Shown: positions 1-11,740, numbered from the whole stretch's first letter. The stretch is DNA of 63,314 nt, filler included, from Thermodesulfobacteriota bacterium (GCA_036381125.1; 9 parts of 9 records of this genome joined end to end with filler, not necessarily neighbours in it), one strand, 5' to 3'. The notes: a model not told the origin generated them from the sequence alone. Program-made: numbers and translations.

Positions 1-269
1 AGACCGACCAGGCCGAGGCGGACAAGCGGGTGGCGCAGGCGAAGGCCGAGGAGCGGCGGGCCATGGCGGTGGCGGCGGAACAGGAGATGCGGGCGCGGGT
101 GGTGCAGGCGGAGGCCGAGGTGCCGAAGGCCATCGCCGAGGCCTTCCGGAGCGGGCGCCTCGGCGTCCTCGACTACTACCAGATGCGCAACGTGCAGGCC
201 GACACCGACATGCGCGAGTCGATCGCGGGGCGCGGGACGGCCACGGGCCGTCAGCCCGACGGCCGGTAA
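1..269 (+). CDS. floA: Flotillin-like protein FloA (YqfA/UPF0365), C-terminal part, 5' truncated
   Basis: [52 protein letters not shown] is the typical FloA C-terminus. Confidence 0.9.
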   Translation, partial: TDQAEADKRVAQAKAEERRAMAVAAEQEMRARVVQAEAEVPKAIAEAFRSGRLGVLDYYQMRNVQADTDMRESIAGRGTATGRQPDGR

Positions 270-279
270 GGGGACGCCC

Positions 280-636
280 GTGGACCCGCTCCTGATCCTG
301 CTCGCGCTCTGGCTGCTCTACGGTCTGGCGATCGGCCTGCAGCGCCTCCTCGCCGGCCGCCGGCCCCGGCCGGCGGCCGGGGGCGTCCCGCGCCGGCCTC
401 CCGTGGGGCCCCGCCAGCCCGCCCGGTCCCGGGCGGCGCCGCCGCGGCCACCGGCGGACGACACCTGGAGCGCCGCGAAAGAGGAGATGCCCCGTCCCGC
501 GCCCCCCGGGCCGCCGACGCGGGCCCCGGCCGCCGACTGGCGCCGCCGCCTCGCAGACCCGGCGACGCTGCGCGACGCGATCGTGGCGGCCGAGATCCTC
601 CGCCGGCCGAGCAGAGCAAAGCGTCCGGCGGGATAG
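280..636 (+). CDS. Membrane-anchored hypothetical protein (YqfB-like)
   Basis: N-terminal hydrophobic helix, Pro-rich linker, C-terminal LRDAIVAAEIL motif; directly follows floA. Confidence 0.65.
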   Translation: MDPLLILLALWLLYGLAIGLQRLLAGRRPRPAAGGVPRRPPVGPRQPARSRAAPPRPPADDTWSAAKEEMPRPAPPGPPTRAPAADWRRRLADPATLRDAIVAAEILRRPSRAKRPAG

Positions 637-717
637 AGCCGGCCAACGACGACCGGCCCCGTCGGTCGCGTGGCGGCCCGGACGAAGAGGCTGCGGACGC
701 TCGAGACGCCCGCTCGG

Positions 718-2487
718 CTAGCTCGACCCCCGCCCGGCCTTGCCCCCCCCGAGCCGGCGCTCGAGCGCCTGGTGCTCCTCCTTGATGCCGCTCGGGAGGT
801 GGTCGCCGAACCTGGCGAGGAACTCGCCGTGGCTCTTCGCGCTCTCGCGCCACTCGCTCCGGTCGACGGCGAGGAGGGCGGAGAGGGCGCCGGTGTCGAG
901 GTCGAGCCCGGCGCGGTCGATGGCGCCGGGCTTCGGCACGTAGCCGATCGGCGTCTCCTCGGCCCCGTTGCCGCCGTGGCAGCGCTCGATCACCCACTTG
1001 AGGACCCGGAGGTTCTCGCCGAAGCCGGGCCAGAGGAAGCGCCCCTCGCCGTCGCGCCGGAACCAGTTGACGGTGAAGATCCGGGGCGGCTTCGACACGC
1101 GGGAGGCCATCCGGAGCCAGTGCCCCCAGTAGTCGCCCATGTTGTAGCCGCAGAAGGCGAGCATCGCCATCGGGTCGTACCGGATGACGCCCTGCGGACC
1201 GGTGATGGCGGCGGTCGTCTCGGAGGAGAGCGTCGCGCCCATGAAGGTGCCGTGCTGCCAGTCGAAGGCCTCGTGGACGAGCGGCACGGTGGAGCGGCGC
1301 CGGCCGCCGAAGAGGATGGCGCTGATCGGCACGCCATGCGGGTTCTCCCACTCCGGCGAGATCGACGGGCACTGGCTGGCCGAGACCGTGAAGCGGGAGT
1401 TCGGGTGGGCGGCCGGCTCGTTCGAGGCAGGGGTCCAGGGACGTCCCTGCCAGTCGAGGGCCTGTGCCGGCGCCGGATCGTCGTGCCCTTCCCACCAGAC
1501 CGTGCCGTCCGGTCGCAGCGCGACGTTCGTGTAGATCGTGTCGTGCTGGATCATGGCCATGGCGTTGGCGTTGGTCTTCGACGAGGTCCCGGGGACGACG
1601 CCGAAGAAGCCGGCCTCGGGGTTCACGGCCCAGAGGCGGCCGTCGGGACCGGGCCGCAGCCAGGCGATGTCCTCGCCGACCGTGAAGACCTCCCATCCCT
1701 TCATGGAGGCGGGCGGCACGAGCATGGCGAGGTTGGTCTTGCCGCAGGCGCTCGGGAAGGCGCCCGCCACGTAGTGGGTCTCGCCGCCGGGGCTCTTGAT
1801 GCCGACGATCAGCATGTGCTCCGCGAGCCACCCTTCGCGCCGGCCGATCACGCTCGCGATGCGCAGCGCCATGCACTTCTTCGACAGGAGCGCGTTGCCG
1901 CCGTAGCCCGACCCGACGCTCCAGATCGTGTTGTCCTCGGGGAAGTGGCAGATGAAGCGGCGGTCGATGCTGAGGTCGCCGATGCTGTGGAGGGCGCGGG
2001 TGAAGTCCTCGGAGTCGCCGAGTTGCTCGAGCGCCACGTTGCCCATGCGGGTCATGATCCGCATGTTGAGGACGACGTAGACGCTGTCGGTCACCTGCAC
2101 GCCGACCTTGGAGAAGGGCGAGCCGACCGGGCCCATCACGAAGGGGATGACGTACATCGTGCGGCCGGCCATGGCGCCGTCGAAGATCTTCGAGAGCCGG
2201 GCGTACGCCTCGTCGGGGGCCATCCAGTTGTTCGTGGGGCCGGCGTCGTCCTTCTCCCGCGAGCAGATGAACGTCAGGTGCTCGGTACGGGCGACGTCGT
2301 TGGCCGCGCTGCGGTGCAGGTAGGAGCCGGGTAGCCGCTCCTGGTTGAGCGGGATCAGGTCCCCCTGCCGGACGGCGACCTGGAGCAAGCGCTGACGCTC
2401 CTCCTCCGAGCCGTCGCACCACACCACGTCGCTCGGCTTGCAGAGCCTGGCAACCTCGTTCACCCACTGCGCTACCGATTGGTTCAT
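718..2487 (-). CDS. pckG: Phosphoenolpyruvate carboxykinase (GTP)
   Basis: GSGYGGNALL, FPSACGKTN, VNPEAGFFGV, HPNSRF and WPGFGEN motifs. Confidence 0.96.
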   Translation of the reverse strand: MNQSVAQWVNEVARLCKPSDVVWCDGSEEERQRLLQVAVRQGDLIPLNQERLPGSYLHRSAANDVARTEHLTFICSREKDDAGPTNNWMAPDEAYARLSKIFDGAMAGRTMYVIPFVMGPVGSPFSKVGVQVTDSVYVVLNMRIMTRMGNVALEQLGDSEDFTRALHSIGDLSIDRRFICHFPEDNTIWSVGSGYGGNALLSKKCMALRIASVIGRREGWLAEHMLIVGIKSPGGETHYVAGAFPSACGKTNLAMLVPPASMKGWEVFTVGEDIAWLRPGPDGRLWAVNPEAGFFGVVPGTSSKTNANAMAMIQHDTIYTNVALRPDGTVWWEGHDDPAPAQALDWQGRPWTPASNEPAAHPNSRFTVSASQCPSISPEWENPHGVPISAILFGGRRRSTVPLVHEAFDWQHGTFMGATLSSETTAAITGPQGVIRYDPMAMLAFCGYNMGDYWGHWLRMASRVSKPPRIFTVNWFRRDGEGRFLWPGFGENLRVLKWVIERCHGGNGAEETPIGYVPKPGAIDRAGLDLDTGALSALLAVDRSEWRESAKSHGEFLARFGDHLPSGIKEEHQALERRLGGGKAGRGSS

Positions 2488-2711
2488 GGCACCCCCGTCA
2501 TGCCGATACCGGGCCAACTGCGCCCCGCTGTCTGACCATCCGTCGTCTCACACGCGCCATTCACGAGCGCCATCCGGCACCCCTGCCGGCGGCCCGATCT
2601 CTCGCAGGGTAGCGCGCGGCGCTGCGGAGGGAAGGGCAGACCGACGCGTCGATCGGGCCACAGGGCCATGTTGTGGTCGGCTCCCCGGGCGCCCGGCACG
2701 CCCCGGCGGGT

Positions 2712-3023
2712 TCAGGCTCGTCGCACCGCGTCGAGGCTCACGACCGTCTCGTCGCCGACCACCTCGGCCGCGTGCGGCGTGCCGCGGGGGACGGCCACGA
2801 GGTCGCCCGCCTCGAGCACCGCCGAGCGCCCCTCCATGGTGAGCCGGAATCGTCCGGCGAGGACGGCGTCGATCTTGTCGACGTCGTGCGTGTGGGTGCC
2901 GAAGCGGGTGCCGGGCGGGTAGTCGTAGCGCGTCACCCGGTAGCCGCGCGCCTCGATCTTCCGGCGCAGGGCGGCCTCGGTGAGCGGGCCGTCCGCCTCG
3001 TGGTTCCAGCGTTCGATCTGCAT
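2712..3023 (-). CDS. Cupin domain protein
   Basis: HTHxxDKIDAVLAG..LEAGD..VPRGTPHAAEV cupin motifs; own ATG at 3023. Confidence 0.85.
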   Translation of the reverse strand: MQIERWNHEADGPLTEAALRRKIEARGYRVTRYDYPPGTRFGTHTHDVDKIDAVLAGRFRLTMEGRSAVLEAGDLVAVPRGTPHAAEVVGDETVVSLDAVRRA

Positions 3024-3419
3024 GGCGCATAGCCTACCATCGGGCCCCGCGGCGGGCCGGTACGCGAGCCAGAGGCCGAGCGCCACGCAGGCGAGCCCCG
3101 CCAGCGCGGCCGCCGACACCCCCTCCCCGAGGAGCAGGGCGCCGAGCAGGGCGGCGGTCACGGGGCTCAGGGCGAGCGAGACCGTCACGCTCGTCGGCGG
3201 CGCGTGCGCGAGGGCCGTGAGCCACACGAGGTCGCGCCGCGAGACGCGCGGGCGAGGCGCGCGCAGGAGCGGCGGCAGGAGGCAGGCGACCCCGATCAGG
3301 TAGCGAAGGAACGCCAGCGAGGCGGGCCCGGTCTGATCGATCACCGCCCGCGTGGCGACCATGGCGGCGCCGACCAGGATGCCGGCCGCCGCGGCCGCCG
3401 CCGCGGGGTCCGGCCTCAC
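3024..3419 (-). pseudogene. Internally deleted EamA/DMT transporter, in frame with the downstream cupin
   Basis: First-repeat start (ATR..GPASLAFLRYLIG) joined to second-repeat end (LSPVTAALLGALLLGEGV); GTGA overlap with the upstream stop; no stop before the cupin. Confidence 0.6.
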
Positions 3420-4345
3420 AGCGCGAGGTCCCAGGTCTCCCCGACGAGGTCGTGCCCGAAGCTGTGGTGGCGCTCCCTGTGGACCAGGCGGAAGCCGGCC
3501 CGCTCGTAGATCCGCCTGGCCGCGTGCAGCACGTCGTTGGTCCAGAGCGTGAGCTTCCGGTACCCCACCTGCCGGGCGAACCGGACGCACTCGTCCACCA
3601 GGCGGCTGCCGAGGCCGAGCCCGCGCGCCTTCGGCTCGACGAGCAAGAGGCGCAGCTTCGCCACCGTCTTCGACTGCTGCACGACGAAGACCGAGCCGAC
3701 GTTCTCGCCGTCCTTCTCCGCGATCCAGCAGCGCTCCCGCTTCGGGTCGGAGTGCCGGACGAACTTCGCCACGATCTCCGCGACCAGCGCCTCGAACGTC
3801 TCGTCCCAGCCGTACTCCTGCGCGTAGAGCGCGCCGTGCCGCTGGACGACCCACCCCATGTCGCCCGGCCGGTGGGGCCGCAGCACGTACGGCGCCCGGC
3901 TCGCCGGCTCCGGGCCGAGGAGCCCTTCGATGGTCTGCATCGCCTCGACGACGCGCCCCTGCTCGGCCTCCGTGAGCCGCCGCAGCAGCGCGCCGACCTC
4001 TTCGCGGGCGCCCGCGTCGAGCGGGGCGAACGCCTCGCGGCCCCGCGCGGTGAGCGAGATGAGGCTCTGCCGGCCGTCGGTCTGCGAGGGACGCCGGACG
4101 ATCAGGCCCTTGCGCTCGAAGCCGCGCAGGATGCGGCTCAGGTAGCCGGCGTCGAGCCCCAGGTCGGCGGCGAGCGCCGCCGCCGTCGGCTCGTGGCGAT
4201 GGGCCAGCTCGTAGAGGACCCGCGCCTGCGTGAGGGAGAAGGGGCTCCGGAGGTGCCCTTCGTGCAGGGCGCCGATCGTTTGCGTGTAGAAGCGGTTGAA
4301 GCGGCGCACGGCGTCGATGCGCCGGTCGAGGTCGGTCCCGGACAC
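3416..4345 (-). CDS. Bifunctional MarR-type regulator / GNAT acetyltransferase
   Basis: VRRFNRFYT..LDAGYLSRIL..DGRQ winged helix; LRLLLVEPKARGLGLG..LWTN..A..IY..GF GNAT motifs. Confidence 0.92.
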   Translation of the reverse strand: MSGTDLDRRIDAVRRFNRFYTQTIGALHEGHLRSPFSLTQARVLYELAHRHEPTAAALAADLGLDAGYLSRILRGFERKGLIVRRPSQTDGRQSLISLTARGREAFAPLDAGAREEVGALLRRLTEAEQGRVVEAMQTIEGLLGPEPASRAPYVLRPHRPGDMGWVVQRHGALYAQEYGWDETFEALVAEIVAKFVRHSDPKRERCWIAEKDGENVGSVFVVQQSKTVAKLRLLLVEPKARGLGLGSRLVDECVRFARQVGYRKLTLWTNDVLHAARRIYERAGFRLVHRERHHSFGHDLVGETWDLAL

Positions 4346-4375
4346 CGGTCACCTCCTGCGAGGCTGGCCAGTGTC

Positions 4376-4406
4376 AACTATTTACTTGACTCTGTCAAGT
4401 ATAGTT
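4376..4406. promoter_or_regulatory. Probable MarR operator in the divergent marR-GNAT/terC intergenic region
   Basis: AT-rich inverted repeat AACTA-tt-TACTTGAC-tct-GTCAAGTA-TAGTT about 30 nt upstream of the start. Confidence 0.65.
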
Positions 4407-4487
4407 CGCGGCCCGCCCACGGACCCCCCGCCCGCGCCCCTTGTGGCATGCCGCGCGCATGCCAGAATGTCCGGTCCGGAGGGCCCC

Positions 4488-5249
4488 ATGGATTTCCTTA
4501 CAGACCCGCAGATCTGGCTCGCGTTCCTGACCCTCGCGGCGCTCGAGACGGTCCTCGGCATCGACAACATCGTCTTCATCTCGATCCTCGCCGGCAAGCT
4601 GCCGGCGGCGCAGCAGGCGCGCGCCCGCCGGCTGGGCCTCCTGGCGGCGATGAGCACCCGGATCGCGCTCCTCTTCTCCCTCTCGTGGCTCATCGGCCTC
4701 ACGGCGCCGCTCGTCACGGTCGCCGGGCACGAGATCTCGGGACGCGATCTGATCCTCCTCGCCGGCGGGCTCTTCCTCATCGGGAAGAGCACCTACGAGA
4801 TGCACGACAAGCTCGAGGGGGCGTCCGGCCGGAAGTCGGCGGCGGTGGCGCCCTCCTTCGCGGCGGTCATCGTCCAGATCGGTCTCATCGACATCGTCTT
4901 CTCGCTCGACTCGGTGATCACGGCGGTGGGGATGGTGGACGAGCTGGCGATCATGATCGCCGCGGTGGTCGTGTCGATCGGCATCATGATGGCCTTCGCC
5001 GGCCCGATCAGTCGGTTCGTCGACGCGCACCCGACGGTCAAGATGCTGGCCCTGAGCTTCCTGCTCCTGATCGGCTTCACGCTGGTCGCCGAGGGCTTCG
5101 AGCTGCACATCCCGAAGGGCTACATCTACTTCGCGATGGCGTTCTCGGTCTTCGTGGAGCTCCTGAACCTGCGGCTCAGGCCGGCGCCGCCCGAGGCGCC
5201 GGTGAGCCTCCACCGGCGCTACGCGGCGGACCGCACGGGGTGCGGGTAG
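4488..5249 (+). CDS. TerC family membrane protein
   Basis: LETVLGIDNIVFI and DIVFSLDSVITAVG motifs. Confidence 0.93.
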   Translation: MDFLTDPQIWLAFLTLAALETVLGIDNIVFISILAGKLPAAQQARARRLGLLAAMSTRIALLFSLSWLIGLTAPLVTVAGHEISGRDLILLAGGLFLIGKSTYEMHDKLEGASGRKSAAVAPSFAAVIVQIGLIDIVFSLDSVITAVGMVDELAIMIAAVVVSIGIMMAFAGPISRFVDAHPTVKMLALSFLLLIGFTLVAEGFELHIPKGYIYFAMAFSVFVELLNLRLRPAPPEAPVSLHRRYAADRTGCG

Positions 5250-5254
5250 GCCAG

Positions 5255-5400
5255 GGGGTCAGGTCTCAACGTTTTCCTGCCCAATCGCGTTCGGTTCTCC
5301 AGGTTTTTCGGGCGCTTTCCTGCGCGGCCGGGGTCGAACCCCAATGCTTTTCGGTGCTTACGCGGACCGGGGGGCGTGGAAAATGGAAAGACCTGACCCC
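5255..5400. repeat. MITE/REPIN-like element bounded by inverted GGGGTCAGGTCT units
   Basis: GGGGTCAGGTCTcaacGTTTTCC at 5255 and TGGAAAATGGAAAGACCTGACCCC at 5377-5400; internal GGGGTCGAACCCC at 5330; lies between convergent genes. Confidence 0.75.
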
Positions 5401-5401
5401 G

Positions 5402-6691
<1,290 letters not shown>

Positions 6692-6823
6692 GGCCGACCC
6701 ATGGTAGGCCTTCGGCCGCGCCGTGTCAGGTCCGGGCGAGCCGCCGGAGGGGCGAGCCGCCGGGAGCCGGGCCGTGGGCCGAGCCTGGGGTCGCTGGGCC
6801 GGATGCGCGGACAGGGTCAGGCC

Positions 6824-8068
6824 TTACGTGTTCCCGGCGTTCTCGCGCGGCCCGGTGAACGTCAGTGCCTGATCCCTGGCGGCGAGGGCGCGGCGCAGGA
6901 TCTGGGCGAAGGGGAGGGTGGCGAGGACGACGAGCGCGCCGGCGGCCATGGTGGGCGCCGTGCCGAACCGGTCGCCGACGAGCCCGTAGAGCGTCGGCGC
7001 GGCGGCGCCGGCGCCGATGCCGACCGTGTAGAAGAGCCCGTAGGCGCGGGCCCGCCGCGTCGGCACGACGAAGTCGGCCACTGTCCCGTAGAGGACCGAC
7101 GACGTTCCGTTGAGCGCCATGCCGAGCACCGGCAGGAGGGCCAGCGCGCCGGCGAGGGGCGAGAGCACCACGCCGAGCATCAGGGCGGCGGTGGCTGCCT
7201 CGGTGAGGACCACGGTCCGGATGATCCCCACCCGCTCGGCCACGGCGCCGCAGACGAACTTCCCCACGGCGCCCCCCGCGAAGACGAGGGCGAGGGCCGC
7301 GCCGACGGTCTCGACCCCCGACCCCTTGGCGATCAGCACGAACGGCAGGAGCGTGAGGAAGCCGGTCCGGGTGGCGCTGTCGATGCCGTGGACGGCGCTC
7401 AGCGCCTGGAAGCCCCCGGCGTCCCGGATGCCCCAGCCCACCGGCTCGGCCGGCGCCCCGGCATCTGCTGCCTCTCGCGCCGGCCGGGCACCCTGACCGA
7501 GGCGCGCCAGGACCGCCGCGAGGAGGAGCGCCGCGCCGAGCCCGACGGCGCCGTAGGCCGCCACCGCGGTCTGCCAGCCGAGCGCGGCCGAGACGACGCC
7601 GATCAGCGCCGGCACGGTGACCTTGCCGAGGTCGCCCGAGAAGTTGTAGGTCCCCAGGGCCACCCTCAGGGGGCCTCCCTCGTACGCCCGCGAGGTGAGG
7701 GAGGCCGAGAGCGGGTGCTGCACGCCGGAGCCGAGGCCGGCCAGGAGGAGGAGCGCAAGGAGCGGGAGGTAGCCGCCCGTGGCCGCCGCGGCCACGAAGC
7801 CGGCGCCGACCACGGCCGTGCCCACGGTCAGGAGGCGCGCCTCGCCGACGCGCTCGGCCAGGAACCCGGCCGGGATCTGGAAGGTCGACATCGCGCCGGA
7901 ATAGACGCTGCGCAGGAGGCCCGCCTGGGCCAGGCTCAGCGAGAAGTCCCGGGTCCAGATCGGCAGCAGGACGTAGAGCAGGTCCGAGAAGCCGTCGTGG
8001 AGGAAGTGGACGGTGCAGGTGGTGGCGAGGGTGGCTCGGGCCCTGCGGTCGGACACGGTTCGGATCAT
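6824..8068 (-). CDS. MFS transporter (FSR-like)
   Basis: About 12 hydrophobic segments; HFLHDG, G.LAERVG and GSGVQHP motifs; start approximate. Confidence 0.88.
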   Translation of the reverse strand: MIRTVSDRRARATLATTCTVHFLHDGFSDLLYVLLPIWTRDFSLSLAQAGLLRSVYSGAMSTFQIPAGFLAERVGEARLLTVGTAVVGAGFVAAAATGGYLPLLALLLLAGLGSGVQHPLSASLTSRAYEGGPLRVALGTYNFSGDLGKVTVPALIGVVSAALGWQTAVAAYGAVGLGAALLLAAVLARLGQGARPAREAADAGAPAEPVGWGIRDAGGFQALSAVHGIDSATRTGFLTLLPFVLIAKGSGVETVGAALALVFAGGAVGKFVCGAVAERVGIIRTVVLTEAATAALMLGVVLSPLAGALALLPVLGMALNGTSSVLYGTVADFVVPTRRARAYGLFYTVGIGAGAAAPTLYGLVGDRFGTAPTMAAGALVVLATLPFAQILRRALAARDQALTFTGPRENAGNT

Positions 8069-8147
8069 CCCACAGCCTTGACCGGCGGTCAAATTCCTGT
8101 CACATACCGCAAACCGCGGCTAGAATTCCAGAAACCCTGGGGAAATC

Positions 8148-9782
8148 GTGAGCCCGCTCGCCACCGCCACTCTCCTCGGCGCCATCGCCCTCCTCCTCTA
8201 CGGCATCCGCCTGGCCGGCGACGGCATCCAGAAGGCGGCCGGGGGCCGGATCCGGCGGCTGCTCGGGGTGGTGACGAAGAACCGCCTGGTGGCGTTCGGG
8301 GTGGGGGCGGCCGCCGCGGCGCTCCTGCAGTCGTCGTCCGCGACCGTCGCCATGCTCGTCGGCTTCGTCTCGGCCGGGCTCATGACGCTGCCGCAGACGA
8401 TCGCGGTGCTCCTCGGCGCGAACGTCGGCACGACGCTCACCCCCCAGCTCGTCGCGTTCCGCGTCTTCGACCTGGCGGTGCCCATCGCCGGGCTCGGCGT
8501 GGCCCTGTCGATCTGGGGCTGGTCGTCGCGCGCGCGCCACGTCGGCCAGGCGGTGCTCGGCTTCGGCTTCGTCTTCCTGGCGCTCCACCTGGCGACGGCG
8601 ACCATGGCGCCCCTGCGCGACGACCCGTTCTTCGTCCTCGTGCTCCAGACCCTCCGGGACCACCCGGGCTGGACGCTGCTCCTGGCCGCCGGCTTCACGG
8701 CGTTCGTCCACTCCTCGGCCGCCACGCTCGTCCTCGCCCTCGGCCTCGCGCACCAGGGGCTCATCGACCTGGCCGAGGCGATGCCGATCGTCCTCGGCGC
8801 GAACCTCGGCACGACGGCGGCGGCGATCGAGACGGCGGTCGGGGCCAGGCGGGACGCCCAGCAGACGGCGGCCGCGCACGTCATCGCGAAGGCGATCGGG
8901 CTCGCGATCGCCTTCCCGCTGATCGACCCGTTCGCGCGCCTCGCCGCCGCGACGAGCGACGACCTCGCGCGCCAGATCGCCAACGCGCACACGATCTTCA
9001 ACGTCGGCCTCGCGGTCCTCCTCCTGCCGGTCACCGGGCTCCTCGCGCACCTGGTGCGCCGCGTGCTGCCGCCGCGGCCGGCGAGCGAGGAGCCGTTCGG
9101 CCCGAAGTACCTCGACGAGCGGGTCCTCGAGTCGCCGCCGGTCGCCTTCGGCCAGGCGGCGCGCGAGGTGCTCCGCATGGCGGACATCGTGCAGACGATG
9201 GTCCGCGAGTCGATCCGCGCCTTCGAGGGGCACGACCTCGACCTGGTGCAGCGGATCGAGGACATGGACGACCAGGTCGACCGCCTCGACCGCGAGGTGA
9301 AGCTCTTCCTGACCAAGCTCTCGAAGTCGGGGCTCACCGAGGCGCAGGCGGCCCGCGAGCTCGAGCTGATCGCGTTCTCGACCGACCTCGAGGCGGTCGG
9401 CGACATCGTCGACAAGAACCTCATGTCGCTCGCCAGGAAGCGGATCAAGCAGGGCGTGACCTTCTCGGCCGAGGGGTGGCGGGAGATCCGCGACTTCCAC
9501 GCGAAGGTCTGCGAGAACCTCGAGCTGGCGGTCTCGGCCTTCGCCACGCGCGACGCCGAGCTGGCGCGCACGCTCCTGCGCCACAAGAACCGCCTCGGCG
9601 AGATCGAGCGGGCCCTCAACGCCGCGCACGTCGACCGCCTCCACCGCGGCCTGCGCGAGACGATCGAGACCTCGTCGATCCACCTCGACCTCCTCTCGAA
9701 CCTCGAGCGGATCAACTCCCACGTGACGAACGTGGCCTACACGATCCTCGAGGCGGCGGCCTCGGACGACGGCGACGGCTAG
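8148..9782 (+). CDS. Na/Pi cotransporter family protein with PhoU domains
   Basis: LQSSSAT and LGANVGTT repeats, second repeat HSSAAT/LGANLGTT, C-terminal PhoU-like helices (ETSSIHLDLL..LERI). Confidence 0.92.
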   Translation: MSPLATATLLGAIALLLYGIRLAGDGIQKAAGGRIRRLLGVVTKNRLVAFGVGAAAAALLQSSSATVAMLVGFVSAGLMTLPQTIAVLLGANVGTTLTPQLVAFRVFDLAVPIAGLGVALSIWGWSSRARHVGQAVLGFGFVFLALHLATATMAPLRDDPFFVLVLQTLRDHPGWTLLLAAGFTAFVHSSAATLVLALGLAHQGLIDLAEAMPIVLGANLGTTAAAIETAVGARRDAQQTAAAHVIAKAIGLAIAFPLIDPFARLAAATSDDLARQIANAHTIFNVGLAVLLLPVTGLLAHLVRRVLPPRPASEEPFGPKYLDERVLESPPVAFGQAAREVLRMADIVQTMVRESIRAFEGHDLDLVQRIEDMDDQVDRLDREVKLFLTKLSKSGLTEAQAARELELIAFSTDLEAVGDIVDKNLMSLARKRIKQGVTFSAEGWREIRDFHAKVCENLELAVSAFATRDAELARTLLRHKNRLGEIERALNAAHVDRLHRGLRETIETSSIHLDLLSNLERINSHVTNVAYTILEAAASDDGDG

Positions 9783-9801
9783 AGCACGCTAAGATGGGGG
9801 C

Positions 9802-10662
9802 ATGGAGCCCCGCACCCGACTGCGCCGCCGCCTGACCGAGGGTCCCATCGTCGTCGCCCCGGGCGCTTACGACGCGCTCGTGGCCCGGCTGATCGAGCAG
9901 GCCGGGTTCGAGGCGGTCTACCTCTCCGGGGCCGGCGTGAGCTACACGCGGCTCGGCCGCCCGGACATCGGGCTCCTCTCGTTCACCGAGATGGTCCAGG
10001 TGTGCGAGGCGATGGCCGAGGCGGTCGGCATCCCGGTCATCGCCGACGGCGACACCGGGTACGGCAACGCCCTCAACGTGCAGCGGACCGTGCGCGCCTA
10101 CGAGCGGGCCGGCGTGGCCGCCATCCAGCTCGAGGACCAGACCTTCCCGAAGCGCTGCGGCCACCTCTCCGGCAAGGCGGTGGCGCCGGCCGACGAGATG
10201 GTCGGCAAGATCAAGGCCGCCTGCGACGCGCGGCGCGACCCCGACTTCCTCGTCATCGCCCGCACCGACGCCCGCGCCACGGACGGGATGGACGAGGCGC
10301 TCGACCGGGCCCGCCGCTACGCGGAGGCCGGCGCGGACGTCCTCTTCGTCGAGGCGCCGCAGAGCGTCGAGGAGCTGCGCGCGGTCCCGCCGGCGCTGCC
10401 GCGGCCCTGCCTCGCCAACATGGTGGAGCGGGGGCGGACGCCGCTCGTCAGGGCCGCCGACCTCGACGCCATGGGCTACCGCATCGTCATCTTCCCCAAC
10501 GCCGTCACCCGGTTCATCGCCCGCCAGGCCGCGGGCTTCCTCGCGCGTCTCGCGGCCGAGGGGGGGACGGCGGGGCTGCTCGACGAGATGATCGGGTTCG
10601 AGGACTTCAACCGCCTCCTCGGCCTCGCGGAGCTGCGCGCGGCCGAGGAGCGTTACCGGTAA
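9802..10662 (+). CDS. Isocitrate lyase/PEP mutase family C-C lyase (methylisocitrate or dimethylmalate lyase-like)
   Basis: [32 protein letters not shown]. Confidence 0.9.
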   Translation: MEPRTRLRRRLTEGPIVVAPGAYDALVARLIEQAGFEAVYLSGAGVSYTRLGRPDIGLLSFTEMVQVCEAMAEAVGIPVIADGDTGYGNALNVQRTVRAYERAGVAAIQLEDQTFPKRCGHLSGKAVAPADEMVGKIKAACDARRDPDFLVIARTDARATDGMDEALDRARRYAEAGADVLFVEAPQSVEELRAVPPALPRPCLANMVERGRTPLVRAADLDAMGYRIVIFPNAVTRFIARQAAGFLARLAAEGGTAGLLDEMIGFEDFNRLLGLAELRAAEERYR

Positions 10663-10682
10663 CGATGGCACGCGGAGGTGTC

Positions 10683-11732
10683 ATGTCGATGCTCACCCGC
10701 CGTCACGCGCTGGCCGCGCTCGGAGCCGCCGGCGCCGTCTCGCTCGTCCCCGGCTTCGCGCGGCGCGCCCGTGCGCAGGGCTCCCGCAAGGTCGTCTTCA
10801 CGCAGTCCACCGACGGGTTCCTCTACGTGCCGATCCACGTGGCGCGCGCCCGGCGCTACTTCGAGGAGGAGGGGATCGAGCCGGAGGTCATCGTCACCGG
10901 CGGCGGGTCGAAGGCCATCGCGGCCGTGGTGGGCGGCAGCGCCCAGGTCTACGTGGGCAACGCCGCCTCGCAGGTGAACGCGCTGTCGAAGGGCCAGCCG
11001 CTCCTCAGCTTCGCGGCGGTCATGACCGAGTTCGCGAGCAATCTCGTCATGCAGGGCCACCTGGCGCGCGAGCGCGGGATCACCGCGGCGAGCCCCGTGG
11101 CGGACAAGGTCGCGGCGCTCAAGGGTCTCAAGGTCGGCATCACGTCGCCGGGGAGCGCCACCGACCAGATCCTCCGCTACCTGCTCCAGAAGCAGGGGAT
11201 CCAGCCCGACCGCGACGTCACCGTCATCCCGGTCGGCGGCAGCGGGCCGATGATCGCCGCCTTCTCGCAGAAGCGGATCGACGCGTTCGTCCTCTCCTCG
11301 CCCACGGCCGAGACGGCCGTCGTCAAGCACGGCGGCGTCATGCTCGTCAACTTCTCGCGCGGCGAGTACGAGCCGCTCGCCGGCATCCTCTACATGAGCC
11401 TGATCGCCAAGAAGGACTGGCTCGAGCAGAACGCCGAGACCGCCGTCGCGGTCTGCCGGGCCCTCGCCAGGGCCGAGCGGCTCATCAACGAGCGGCCGGA
11501 CGAGGCCAAGGCGGCCGTCCGCGGCTTCTTCGAGAAGACCGAGCCGGCGGTGTTCGACCAGGCGTGGGAGAGCAACGTCAAGGCGTACCCCGCCACGCCG
11601 GTCATCGCCGCCGCGGCCATGCAGAAGGCGATCGACTTCATGAACGCCACCGAGGAGGAGAAGGCCAGCGTGACGGTCGCGCAGGCGATGGACAACCGCT
11701 ACGCCGAGGCGGCGGTCAAGGGGGCGAAGTAG
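10683..11732 (+). CDS. ABC substrate-binding protein (NMT1/SsuA-like), Tat-exported
   Basis: TRRHAL Tat signal after GGAGG RBS; YFEEEGI and GITSPGSAT motifs. Confidence 0.85.
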   Translation: MSMLTRRHALAALGAAGAVSLVPGFARRARAQGSRKVVFTQSTDGFLYVPIHVARARRYFEEEGIEPEVIVTGGGSKAIAAVVGGSAQVYVGNAASQVNALSKGQPLLSFAAVMTEFASNLVMQGHLARERGITAASPVADKVAALKGLKVGITSPGSATDQILRYLLQKQGIQPDRDVTVIPVGGSGPMIAAFSQKRIDAFVLSSPTAETAVVKHGGVMLVNFSRGEYEPLAGILYMSLIAKKDWLEQNAETAVAVCRALARAERLINERPDEAKAAVRGFFEKTEPAVFDQAWESNVKAYPATPVIAAAAMQKAIDFMNATEEEKASVTVAQAMDNRYAEAAVKGAK

Positions 11733-11740
11733 GAGGGGGC

